A stretch of 64,000 bases of DNA from Malacoraja senta (lineage: Eukaryota), in the NCBI GenBank assembly GCA_038087875.1, contig JAXLNO010000073.1, positions 310,001-374,000 on the forward strand. The letters are read 5' to 3'. The notes below the pieces were generated by a model. That model saw only the letters and a program-made list of their open reading frames with translations, did not search any database and had not been told where the DNA came from. Both the position numbers and the translations under genes were made by a program. Positions 52,136 through 64,000 of the stretch are shown here, in pieces (position 1 is the stretch's first letter; each line of letters starts with the position of its first letter).

Positions 52136-53050
52136 AGCAGACTTGGCTCGGCCGCTGCGGAAGAAGGTAGCCGTCTGGAGATGTCCGAGGCTCGTCTCCT
52201 GCTCGACCCCGAAGACCGGGAACAGATGAGGAGGGTCGAGGGAGTCGGCGACGGCGGCGGACGGTGAACAAAGGGTCGATGACCACCAGGGGCGCCGGGA
52301 AGATGCCCAGCCCTGCCAGCAGCTGTTCGATTTTTTCATCTTTTTGTTATTTTAATGTTTGTTAAAAGTTTGATTTAATGTACTTCAGTTTGTTTTATGT
52401 GGGGGAGGGGGGGGGGTCGGGGGAAACCTTCTTTTCAGGTTCCTACCTTCCCGGAGATGTGATCATTTTTCGCTTCACATTCCCCGGGCTCTGCGGCCTA
52501 CCGTCGATGGAGCTGGAGGCCGCCTCGGACGGTCGTGAGCCCCACCGCGGGGCGCGGACTTAACATCGGAGCTGATCTCTTGCCTGGTATCGCTCCCACC
52601 GCGGCCTGCGGACTTACCAACAAGGGCTCGCAGTCTCGGGAGAGCCTAGTCGGGAGCTCCAACGCTGCAGAAGTTTCAACCACCCCCGACGCGAGGTTTG
52701 ATCGCCCGGAGCGGGGAGCTGTCAACCCCCCGATGCGGGAGCTGATCGCCTCGACGCGGAGGGCCCGAACGCCACCGGCTACGGGAGTCAAGATCATCCC
52801 GTCAACGGGGGCTCGATGCCCCCGACCAAAGAAGAACACAAGGGAAGGACTTGAACTTTATTTCGCCTTCCATCACAGTGAGGATTGTGTAGGAGTCACT
52901 GTGGTGGATGTTCATGTTAAAATGTGTTTTTTAGTCTGTTGCTTTTTAATTGTATGACTGACATGGCCAGTGAAATTCCTCGTATGTTGCAAAACATACT
53001 TGGCGAATAAAATCTGATTCTGATTCTGATTCTGATTTTGATTCTGATTT
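52136..53050 (+). mobile_element. GC-rich non-autonomous retroposon with (GATTCT)n tail
   Basis: Ends GGCGAATAAAATCT(GATTCT)n. Shares the T-rich/poly-G 5' block and the TTCGCCTTCCATCACAG motif with 17442-18293. Confidence 0.7.
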
Positions 53051-53254
53051 CAAAATGATGCCCGACGGATGAGAGGATCGGTGCCTCCAGGACAATCGTA
53101 CTTTAAAGCCAAGTTAAGACTGTACTGTTAAGAACTTTGAAACTTTGTTGGCGTCAAAAACTTGGCGACTCTTTGTGTACTGTCTCGGTGAAGTCCACAA
53201 TTACACAACAATCGTTGCACTTTTGGACTTATCTATGATAGTGCTTATCTATCA

Positions 53255-53595
53255 GTTTAGTTTAGTTTAGTTTAGTTTAGTTTAGCTTAGCTTAGTTAAA
53301 TTTAGTTTAGAGATACAGCCCAGAAACAGACCCTGCGGCTCACTGAGTCCAAGGCGACCAGCGACCCACGCACACTCATACTATCCTACACACACTAGGG
53401 ACAATTTACAATTACAATTATACCAAGCCAATTAGCCTACATAGCTGTACGTCTTTGGAGTGTGGGAGGAAAGCGAAGATCTCCGAGAACCCCCACGCAG
53501 GTCACGGAGAGAACATGCAAACTCCATACAGACAGCACCCGAGGTCAGGATCGAACCCGGGTCCCTAGAGCTGAAAGAAAGCATCTCTACCGTTT
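53255..53595 (-). mobile_element. HE1-type SINE with long (CTAAA)n tail
   Basis: Same family signature as the other copies. Confidence 0.85.
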
Positions 53596-54637
53596 CGCTA
53601 TACATACATTCGCCCTATTGTTAGATTTTTCCGGGTTGTATCCAAAACAAAGCATTTCACTCTACTTCGGTACGTGTGACAATAAAGTATAATTGAATGA
53701 TTTTCGATCTACCTGTGGCCACATTTAACAATCTGATGCACCGGAAATTTAAACGTTGTCGTTATCTCCTCCCGTAATTACCTCCGGGTCACGTCATTAA
53801 TAAATGTATTTGTGCAACAGCACAGAAGCAAAAACATATATCCGGTTTCCCCAAGGATGAAAATCGTGTCGCCATGACCTGCGTAAGAACGAGTTGTTCG
53901 TAATTCTGTAATACAAGTAGTGTATCGCGAAGTTAAACCGAAATAGATTGCGGATATACTGAAGAGTAAAATTATGGATTTCCTCCTGTTCTCCATCTCG
54001 GAGTCATACTGTCCTCAGTCCCGGGCTTGCTCTTTAAGTGTTTTGCGGATATTATTCGTCACAAATTTACTGCATGTCTGTTAGAGCATTGAGTGGCAAA
54101 ATGGTCACAAATGGCACCGAGCGACGGACGGGGACGGAAATGTGGAAGTGTGGAAGTGTGGACGCTGCTGCCGGGGGTAGGAGCAAAGGGGGACCGCGGT
54201 GAAGGAGGGGGGACGGCAAGGGGGTCGCGGTGTGTGGGGCACCGCCGTGAGGGAGGGGGAAAAGCAAGGAGGACACGGCGTGGGGGAACCGCCGTGAGGG
54301 AGGGGGAAAGGGGGGCCTGGCACGGTGGTACTTTCAAACGTTGTAAGCGCCATTTATGGGCGACTATTTGCATACCTTGGGTATCGAAGCAAAGGATTTC
54401 ACTGTGGGTTCTCACACGAGACATTAAACCATTCAATTCAATTCAAGAAGGCAGTGACTATGCGCCCAAAGTATGGAAATGCTTGCCAGAATGGTGAGGT
54501 GTATTAGACTGATCTTATTCGGCAGTACCAAGGGAAGTCGTTGATTGTATACAGTGGCTCCAACATGAAATATAGGGGGGGAGGTTGTTTAGGTAGCTCA
54601 GAACCAATACGGTGCCGATTTATCTTCCCAAAATCCA

Positions 54638-55412
54638 TTCATCATCATCATCGGCGGTCACTCGAAACGATTATGACTGTCCTCTCATGGAGGACGCCTG
54701 TGCGTGACTTTGTTTAACGTGGGAAGACTGGTGCACAGACAGCCACATAGAAACATGGAAACATAGAAAGTAGGTGCAGGAGGAGGCCATTCGCCCCTTC
54801 GAGCCAGCACCTCCATTTATTGTGATCATGGCTGATCGTCCCCAATCAATAACCCGTGCCTGCCTTCTCCCCGTATCCCTTGATTCCACTAGCCCCTAGA
54901 GATCTATCTAACTCGCTCTTAAATTCGTCCAGTGATTTGGCCTCCACTGCCCTCTGTGGCAGGGAATTCCACAAATTCACAACTCTCTGGGTGAAAACGT
55001 GTTTTCTCACCTCAGTCTTAAATGGCCTCCACTTTATTCTAAGACTGTGGCCCCTGGTTCTGCACTCGCCCAACATTGGGAACATTTTTCCTGCATCCAG
55101 CCACCACATGGTCCTTGACAGATATGGGTCAGAATCCAGTGGCATAGAATCCAAGACGACCGGAGACCCTTTTCTGCTGCAGTCTTCATCCGCCTTCCCA
55201 GACGTTGTGACGCTCCACTAAAGTCAGCCATCATCCTCCGCCTGTTCCACCGTTGAGGTCTTGGTTGGATTGCTCTTTGTCAGAGACCCCTCCTTCGACC
55301 TTACCGCCATGGGTGTCCCTACCAGAAGCACAGCTCCAGACGGTATCGCTCTCAGGATTTCAGGACTACACAAGCTTCTCCACCACGACAAGGTGACAAT
55401 CCACGGAGAAGA
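54638..55412 (-). mobile_element. Non-autonomous RTE-like element with (TGA)n tail, containing a CR1 3' fragment (54748-55097)
   Basis: The 5' end GTGGATTGTCACCTTGTCGTGGTGGAG resembles RTE 5' UTRs. The CR1 insert is flanked by a CAGCCAC duplication. Confidence 0.6.
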
Positions 55413-56051
55413 ATATCTATTATCTCACAATTGTCCAGAGTTACATTCTCATAGCCAAACCCTTGCCCACGTTCTAAGTTTGATCCACATCCTTTGTGGC
55501 CTCAGACAACCTTTGCCATTGTCCACCGCGCCAACAATCCTGGTGTCATCTGCAAAGTTGCTGGCCGCACTGGTAGCGTTAGTCAATTAAAAATAAGAAG
55601 AGGTACATTAGATTAAGCCTGCACAAGGTGGCCACATAATTTAATTCAGTGTGTGTGTTTTTTTTAACCTATCATCTGGGCTACCAAGTTATATTAGTTC
55701 ATTTGGCTCAAATCAGGTGGGGTGAAAAAACAGAATAATCTCAATTGTATGCAATTAATTCATTATAATGTCGTCTGTGGAAACCTTGGTACAGTATTTG
55801 GTTGTCAGCTTCTGGCAACAAATGGCGGCAAAGCGATGGCCGCGGTTAAACAGACGGACGAAAACGTGTTTGCTGATTGCCAGGGACATAATTGCCAATG
55901 AATCGATTGAAGATGACTCCAAAGCGATTGAAGAAGACTCCAAAGATGACGACCAGCTGGTCCTCCGCTGCCATCGCCACGAGGTAGCAGGTGATGCATC
56001 TGGAGATGCCGCATTTCCCCCAGAATAGAGCCGCAATCGCCACGATGTTAT

Positions 56052-59000
56052 AGAAACATAGAAACATAGAAAATAGGTGCAGGAGGAGGCCATTCGGCAC
56101 TTCGAGCCAGCACCGCCATTCATTGTGATCACGGCTGATCAGCCCCTATCAATAACCCGTACCTGCCTTCTCCCCATATCCCTTGACTCCACTAGCCCCT
56201 AGAGCTCTATCTAACTCTCTCTTAAATCCATCCAGTGATTTGGCCTCCACTGCCCTCTGTGGCAGGGAATTCCATAAATTCACAACTCTCAGGGTGAATA
56301 AAGTTTGTTCTCACCTCAGTCTTAAATGACCTCCCCATTATTCTAAGACTGTGGCCCCTGGTTCTGGACTCGCCCAACATTGGGAAAAAATTCCTGCATC
56401 TAGCTTGTCCAGTCCTTTTATAATTTTATATGTTTCTATAAGATCCCCCCTCATCCTTCTAAACTCCAGTGAATACAAGCCTAGTCTTTTCAATCTTTCC
56501 TCATATGACAGTCCCGCCATCCCAGGGATCAATCTCGTGAACCTACGCCGCACTGCCTCAATCACAAGGATGTCCTTCCTCAAATTAGGAGAACAAAACT
56601 GTACACAATACTCCAGATGTGGTCTCACCAGAGCCCTATACAACTGCAGAAGAACCTCTTTACTCCTATACTGAAATCCTCTTGTTATGAAGGCCAACAT
56701 TCCATTAGCTTTCTTCACTGCCTGCTGTACCTGCATGCCAAATTTCAGTGACCGGTGTACAAGGACACCCAGGTCTCGCTGCACCTCCCCCTTACCTAAC
56801 CTAACCGCATTGAGATAATAATCCGCCCCTTTGTTTTTTGCCGCCAAAGTGGATATCCTCACATTTATATATATATGTCCAGGTCACCCTGCAACCTCCT
56901 AACATCCTCTTCACAATTCACACTGCCACACAGCTTTGTGTCATCCGCAAACTTGCTAGGGTTGCTCCTAATTCCCTCTTCCAAATCATAAATATATATG
57001 GGAAACTGTTGCGGCCCCAACACCGAGCCTTGCGGCACTCCACTCGCCACTGCCTGCCATTCTGAAAAGGTCCCGTTCACTCCTACTCTTTGCTTCCGGT
57101 CTGCCAACCAATTTTCTATCCATGGCAACACCCTACCCCCAATGCCATGTGCTCAAATTTTAGTCACCAGTCTCCCGTGCAGGACCTTATCAAATGCTTT
57201 CTGAAAGTCTAGATACACTACATCCACTGGCACCCCTTCATCCATTTTACTTGTCACATCCTCAAAAAATTCCAGATTAGCATGATTTCCCTTTCATAAA
57301 TCCACGTTGACTTGGACTAATCCTTTTGCTACTATCCAAATGCCCCATTATTACATCTTTAATAATTGATTCCAGCATCTTTCCCACCACCGGTCAGGCT
57401 AACAAGTCTATAATTCCCCGTTTTCTCTCTCGCTCCTTTCTTGAAAAGTGGGATAACATTAGCTATCCTGATCCTGAATCTATTGAACATTGGAAAATGA
57501 TCACCAATGCGTCCACTATTTCTAGAACCACCCCCCTGAGGACCCTGGGATGCAGACGGTCAGGCCCAGGAGATGTATCATCCTTCAGTCCCATTAGCCT
57601 ACCCAATACTATTTCTCGCCTAATGAAAATTTCTTTCAGTTCCTCTACCCCCTTAGATCCTCTGTCCTCCAGTAGATCTGGGAGATTGTTTGTGTCTTCC
57701 TTAGTGAAGACAGATCCGAAGTACCTATTCAATTCTTCTGCCATTTCCTTGTTGCCCATAATAATTTCACCCGTGTCTGCCTTCAAGGGACCCACATTTG
57801 ACTTTGCTACTCTTTTTCCGTTAACATATCTAAAGCAGCTTTTACTGTCCTTCTTTATATTCCTGGCCAGCTTCCTCTCGTACTTCATCTATTCAGCCCG
57901 TATTGCCCGTTTTGTTTCCTTCTGTTGTGCTATGAAAGTTGCCCACTCCTCTGGCTTCCGGCTACTCTTTGCTGTGTTATACATCTTTTATTTTAGTTTT
58001 ATTCTATCCTTAACTTCTCTTGTCAGACACGGTTGCCTCCTACTCCTCTTAGAATCTTTATTCCTTTTTGGAATAAAATGAACCTGCGTCTCCCGGATTA
58101 TGCCCAGAAATTCCTGCCATTGCTGTTCCACCGTCATTCCTGCTAGGATCCCTTTCCAGTCTACTTTGTCCAGCTCCCCTCTCATGCCTTCATAGTCCCC
58201 TTTGTTCAACTGCATCACTGCCACTTCCGATTTAACGTTCTCCTTCTCAAATTGCAGATTAAAACTAATCATATTATGATCACTACCTCCAAGCGGTTCC
58301 TTTACCTCCAGTTCTCTTATCATATCTGGTTCATTGAACAACACTAAATCCATAATTGCCCTTTCTCTGGTCGGTTCCATTACAAGCTGCTCTAAGAATC
58401 CATCTCGGAGACATTCTACAAACTCTCTTTCTTGGGGCCCTGAATCAACCTGATTTTCCCAGTCAACCTGCATATTGAAATGCCCCATCACCACAGTGGC
58501 ATTACCTTTGTTACATGCCAGTTTTATCTCCTGCTGCAACTTACACCCTACATCCGGGCTACTATTTGGGGGTCTGTAAATAACACCAATTAGTGTCTTC
58601 TTGCCTTTAATATTACTCAACTCAATCCACAGTGACTCTACCTCGTCAGTCCCTATGTCTTCCCTGGCAAGGACTGAATTCCATCCCTCACCAGCAGAGC
58701 TCCCCCCCCCTCCTCTGCCCACATGCCTGTCCTTTCTATAGGATGTATAACCCTGAATATTAAATTCCCTGGCCAGATCCACCTGCAGCCACGTCTCAGT
58801 AATCCCCACAATGTCAAATCTACCAACATCTAACTGAACCTCAAGCTCATCTACTTTACTTCTTATACTTCGAGCATTCATATACAATACTTTTAATTCC
58901 TTACGCATCTCACCTTTCACATCGATCCCTATTATACTTGGCCATACTCCCCTATCCCTTTGTGAGCTTCCTTTCCCGTTAATTCTGGGGTCATTAACTA

Positions 59001-59058
59001 TCCCTTTACTCTCTTTCCCTTTAACTCCATCCTGGACTATCCCATTTGACACCCTGTG
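56052..59058 (-). mobile_element. CR1 LINE ORF2 (EN-RT) with 3' UTR and several frameshifts
   Basis: NARSIR, GITETWL, YRPP, SDHN, SPGPD, GVPQGSVLGP and FADDTK motifs. (TTTCTATG)n tail. GTTAT duplicated at 56047 and 59059. Confidence 0.93.
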
Positions 59059-59085
59059 GTTATCTGGCGAGAAGGGAAGAAATGG

Positions 59086-62000
59086 AAACATAGAAACATA
59101 GAAACATAGAAAATAGGTGCAGGAGTAGGCCATTCGGCCCTTCGAGCCTGCACCGCCATTCAATATGATCATGGCTGATCATCCAACTCAGTATCCCGTA
59201 CCGGCCTTCTCTCCATACCCCCTGATCCCCTTAGCCACAAGGGCCACATCTAACTCCCTCTTAAATATAGCCAATGAACTGGCCTCAACTACCCTCTGTG
59301 GCAGAGAGTTCCAGAGACTCACCACTCTCTGTGTGAAAATGTTTTTCCTCATCTCGGTCTTAAAGGATTTCCCCCTTATCCTTAAGCTGTGACCCCTTGC
59401 CCAGGACTTCCCCAACATCGGGAACAATCTTCCTGCATCTAGCCTGTCCAACCCCATAAGAATTTTGTACGTTTCTATAAGATCCCCTCTCAACCTCCTA
59501 AATTCTAGCGAGTATAAGCCAAGTCTATCCAGTCTTTCTTCATATGAAAGTCCTGACATCCCAGGAATCAGTCTGGTGAACCTTCTCTGCACTCCCTCTA
59601 TGGCTATAATGTCCTTCCTCAGATTTGGAGACCAAAACTGTACGCAATACTCCAGGTGTGTACAACTGCAGTAGAACCTCCCTGCTCCTATACTCAAATC
59701 CTCTTGCTATGAAGGCCAACATACCATTCGCTTTATTCACTGCCTGCTGCACCTGCATGCCTACTTTCAATGACTGGTGTACCATGACACCCAGGTCTCG
59801 CTGCATCTCCCCATTTCCTAATCGGCCACCATTTAGATAATAGTCTGCCTTCCCGTTCTTGCCACCAAAGTGGATAACCTCACATTTATCCACATTATAC
59901 TGCATCTGCCAAACATTTGCCCACTCACCCAGCCTATCCAAGTCACCTTGCAGTCTCCTAGCATCCTCCTCACAGCTAACACTGCCCCCCAGCTTAGTGT
60001 CATCCGCAAACTTGGAGATGTTGCTTTCAATTCCCTCGTCCAGATCATTAATATAAATTGTAAATAGCTGGGGTCCCAGCACTGAGCCTTGCGGTACCCC
60101 ACTAGTCACTGCCTGCCATTGTGAAAAGGACCCGTTTACTCCTACTCTTTGCTTCCTGTTTGCCAGCCAGTTCTCTATCCACATCAATACTGAACCCCCA
60201 ATACCGTGTGATTTAAGTTTGTATCCTAATCTCTTATGTGGTACCTTGTCGAAAGCCTTCTGAAAGTCCAGATACAACACATCCACTGGTTCTCCCCTAT
60301 CCACTCTACTAGGTACATCCTCGAAAAATTCTATAAGATTCGTCAGACACGATTTACCTTTCGTAAATCCATGCTGACTTTGTCCAATGATTTCACCACT
60401 TTCCAAATGTGCTGCTATCCCATCTTTAATAACTGACTCTAGCAGTTTCCCCACTACCGATGTTAGACTAACTGGTCTATAATTCCCCGTTTTCTCTCTC
60501 CCTCCCTTCTTAAAAAGTGGGGTTACGTTTGCTACCCTCCAATCCTCAGGAACTACTCCAGAATCTAAAGAGTTTTGAAAAATTAGCACTAATGCATCCA
60601 CTATTTCTGGAGCTACTTCCTTAATTTCTCTGGGATGCAGCCTATCTGGCCCTGGTGATTTATCGGCCTTTAATCCATTCAATTTACCCAACACCACTTC
60701 CCGACTAACCTGGATTTCACTCAGTTCCTCCATCTCCTTTGACCCGCGGCCCCCTGCTATTTCCGGCAGATTATTTATGTCTTCCACAGTGAAGACGGAA
60801 CCAAAGTAGTTATTCAATTGGTCCGCCATATCCTTGTTCCCCATGATCAATTCACCTGTTTCTGACTGCAAGGGACCTACATTTGTTTTAACTAATCTCT
60901 TTCTCTTCACATATCTATAAAAACTTTTGCAGTCAGTTTTTATGTTCCCTGCCAGTTTCCTTTCATAATCTATTTTCCCTTTCCTAATTAAGCCCTTTGT
61001 CCTCCTCTGCTGGTCTCTGAATTTCTCCCAGTCCTCTGGTATGCTGCTTTTTCTGGCTAATTTGTACGCATCATCTTTTGCTTTGATACTATCCCTGATT
61101 TCCCTTGTTATCCACGGATGCACTACCTTCCCTGATTTATTCTTTTGCCAAACTGGGATGAAGAATTTTTGTAGTTCATCCATGCAGTCTTTAAATGCCT
61201 TCCATTGCATATCCACCGTCAACCCTTTTAGAACTAATTGCCGGTCAATCTTGGCCAATTCACGTCTCATACCCTCAAAGTTACCTTTCTTTAAGTTCAG
61301 AACCTTTGTTTCTGAATTAACAATGTCACTCTCCATCCTAATGAAGAACTCAACCATATTATGGTCACTCTTGCCCAAGGGGGCACGCACAACAAGTCTG
61401 CTAACTAATCCTTCCTCATTACTCAATACCCAGTCTAGAATAGCCTGCTCTCTCGTTGGTTCCTCTACATGTTGGTTTAGATAACTATCCCTCATACATT
61501 CCAAGAAATCCTCTTCCTCAGCACCCTGCCAATTTGATTCACCCAATCTATATGTAGATTGAAGTCACCCATTATAACTGTTTTGCCTTTGTTGCACGCA
61601 TTTCTAATTTCCTGTTTGATGCCATCCCCAACTTCACTACTACTGCTAGGTGGCCTGTACACAACACCCACCAGCGTTTTCTGCCCCTTAGTGTTTCGCA
61701 GCTCTACCCATACCGATTCCACATCCTCCAAGCTAATGTCCTTCCTTTCCACTGCGTTAATCTCCTCTCTAACCAGCAACGCTACCCCACCTCCTTTTCC
61801 TTTCTCTCTATCCCTCCTGAATATTGAATATCCCTGGATGTTCAGCTCCCAGCCTTGGTCACCCTGGAGCCATGTCTCCGTGATCCCAACTATATCATAA
61901 TCATTAATTGCTATCTGCACGTTCAACTCATCCACCTTATTACGAATGCTCCTTACATTGAGACACAAAGCCTTCAGGCTTGTTTTTACAACGCTCTTAC

Positions 62001-62303
62001 CCCTTATACAATTATGTTGAAAAGTGGCTCTTTTTGATTTTTGCCCTGGATTTGTCTGCCTGCCACTTTTACTTTTCACCTTGCTACCTATTGCTTCCGC
62101 CCGCATTTTACACCCCTCTGTTTCTCTGCTCACCCATTTAAGTACCCCACCACCTCTTATTCTCTGTTTATTATTGTTTTCCTCTTCCCCCCTACATGTT
62201 GGGTCTGAATGCTTTCCTTCTCTGCCTCCTGCCTCACACACTGTCTTATAGCATTCTCTATTTGAGTCCCTCCCCCCCAACCATTCTAGTTTAAAGTCTC
62301 CCC
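59086..62303 (-). mobile_element. Young CR1 LINE, nearly complete ORF2 with two frame breaks
   Basis: ORFs 61492-62322, 59540-61546 (668 aa) and 59188-59697 carry the full set of EN and RT motifs. (TTTCTATG)n tail. Confidence 0.95.
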
Positions 62304-62790
62304 TTAATACAATCCTACACACACTAGGGACAATTCACATTTATATCAAATAAATTAACATGCAAACCTGTACGTGTTTGGAGTGTCGGAGGAAACGCAA
62401 GATCTCGGAGACAATCCAGGCAGGTCACGGGGAGAAGGTGCAAACTCCGTGCAGACAGCACTCGCGGTCGGGATCGAACCCGGATCTCTGACGCTGTAAG
62501 GTAGCAACTTTACCGCCCTTTGTATTACAGTCTGTGTTTTATTATTTTAGGGCAAATGTGGGCGGCAGCGAGTAGAGTTGCTGCCTCACAGCGCCAGGTA
62601 ACCAGGTTCGATCCTGACTACGGGTCTGTACGGAGGTTACACGCTCTCCCCGTGACCAGCTGGGGTTTTCTCCTGGTGCTCCGGTCCCCACCCCCCTACT
62701 CCAAAGGCTTACAGGTTTGTAAGCTAAGTGGCTTCGGTAACAATTGTAAATTGTCCCTCGTGTGTGTGTGGGCTACCGTTGGTGTATCAG
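62304..62790. mobile_element. Two partial HE1-type SINEs, head to head (minus 62304-62517, plus 62560-62790)
   Basis: GTAGAGTTGCTGCC and GGTTCGATCC heads on opposite strands. Confidence 0.75.
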
Positions 62791-63060
62791 GATAATTGGT
62801 CGCAAGCTGATAATTTTACAAGTGGACAGCTGTAGAATATCAAACGCGCATCGTTTGTAGCTTGCACGAAGTCCTCCAGGATGATTGCATTACACCGAAG
62901 GTAAATCAAAATTAGGCGCAATGCCTGAATTACAGATACTGTTTAGTGTCGTCAGGTAAATGGAAGAATGCACTATGCTATGAGAGATTCATGTTGAAAT
63001 ATATCTTAATTGTTCTCAACATTATGTAGACGAAAGTTATGGTTATATAAGCAGTCCGTT

Positions 63061-63917
63061 CAAGATTCAAGATTCAAGATATTTTATTTGTCACATTCAC
63101 ATACACCAGGGTGTAGTGAAGTGAGATGCTTTTTGCCATTTATCAGCACACAAAAAAGAGAAGAGAATACAGACACAACACCAAGATAGTTCTAACACTG
63201 AACATCCCCCCACAATGGCTCCCACCATGAGGGAAGGCACAAAGTCCAGTCCCCAACCCCAGTTCACCCATAGTCGGGCCCATCTAGGCCTCCACAGTTG
63301 CCTCTACGGAGGCCCGATGTTCCAGGTCGTTCTCGCCGGGTGGTGGTGTTCCGGCGTCGGGAGAGTCCTCCCAGCAGCTTGGGAACCCTGGAACGGCCGC
63401 TTCCGCACTGGGGGCCGCGGCTTCCGAAGCCAACAAGGCCGCGCCGGTTGGAGCTCCACAACTGGCAATCTCATCTAGAGATCCCAGGCTCCCGGTGTCA
63501 AGTTCAGCGCCGCTGCCCACAGCTGGTCGCTCCACAGTCCCGCAGCTCCGCGATGTTTTCTCCAGCGATCCTCAGCTCACCGGAGCTCCAGCGCGGCGAC
63601 CCGGGCAAGGCACCGCCCGCTCCGGATAGCGCTCCAGCGCTGTGCCGCCGCCGAAGCCGAGGTTCTGGGCGGTCCCCGACAGGAAACGCCGCTCCAGGCC
63701 CGCTGGTAGGCCGCGAGGACGGGTCGAAGCTGCAGCCCGGAGAAAAGCTGCCTCTCCGGCCAGGTAGGGACCCTGAAAACTAGTTTTCCCCCTTCCCCCC
63801 CCACACAAAAAAGTCTAGACCTCCAAAACAAAACACTTTACTGACTAAAATAAAAAAATAAGGTGAAAGGACAGAGAGCTGTTGGCTGGGCAGCCGCACA
63901 CAGGTCAGCGCCCCCTA
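63061..63917 (-). mobile_element. GC-rich non-autonomous retroposon with (TCTTGAA)n tail
   Basis: Minus strand ends TGACAAATAAAATA(TCTTGAA)n. Same 5' T-rich/poly-G architecture as 52136-53050. CGTT occurs on both sides. Confidence 0.7.
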
Positions 63918-64000
63918 CGTTGTTCCTGTTAGCGTGCTTATGAAGGTGAAATGCAACATATCAAGCCCGTGTACATTTGAATCAAAGCCAAATCTGTTGG

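Larger units (their letters stand above)
53715..59065 (-). pseudogene. GPR139/GPR142-like GPCR paralogue 3, exon 2 heavily decayed and split by insertions; exon 1 not found in the window
   Basis: Pieces: NIVAI..L..GKCGISRCITCYLVAMAAED (56050-55780), EPLYTINDFPWYCRI...SPFWQAF (54480-54620), and EMENRRKSIILLFSIS...ETGYMFLLLCCCTNTFI (53778-54000). The acceptor is stranded at 59064-59085. Confidence 0.82.

Overview
This is eukaryotic, vertebrate DNA. The HE1-type tRNA-SINEs, CR1/HER1-like LINEs, Penelope tails and GPR139-like receptor cluster point to a cartilaginous fish, probably a skate or ray (inference). The window is mostly nested transposable elements and has no intact host gene, rRNA, tRNA gene or CRISPR array. 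Positions 7868-23304 hold a degenerate endogenous retrovirus with two LTRs, a perfect tRNA-Pro primer-binding site and gag-pro-pol, but no env. It is interrupted by a near-complete DIRS1 tyrosine-recombinase retrotransposon (11897-16702), a GC-rich non-autonomous retroposon and a MITE with 7-bp target duplication. Its 5' LTR is split by a Helitron-like element that carries L1, CR1 and an inverted L1 nested inside one another (1-7867). Two features of the provirus stand out: a 2H-phosphoesterase (CNPase-like) remnant between protease and RT, and an array of tRNA T-arm-like hairpins in a very long leader. The right half contains an internally deleted L1 and three minus-strand two-exon GPR139/GPR142-like GPCR paralogues, all disrupted as assembled. 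It also contains many CR1, SINE, Penelope and Rex fragments, a foldback-like element, and a very recent tandem duplication with a templated insertion at its junction. All calls come from reading the sequence by eye; no searches were run.
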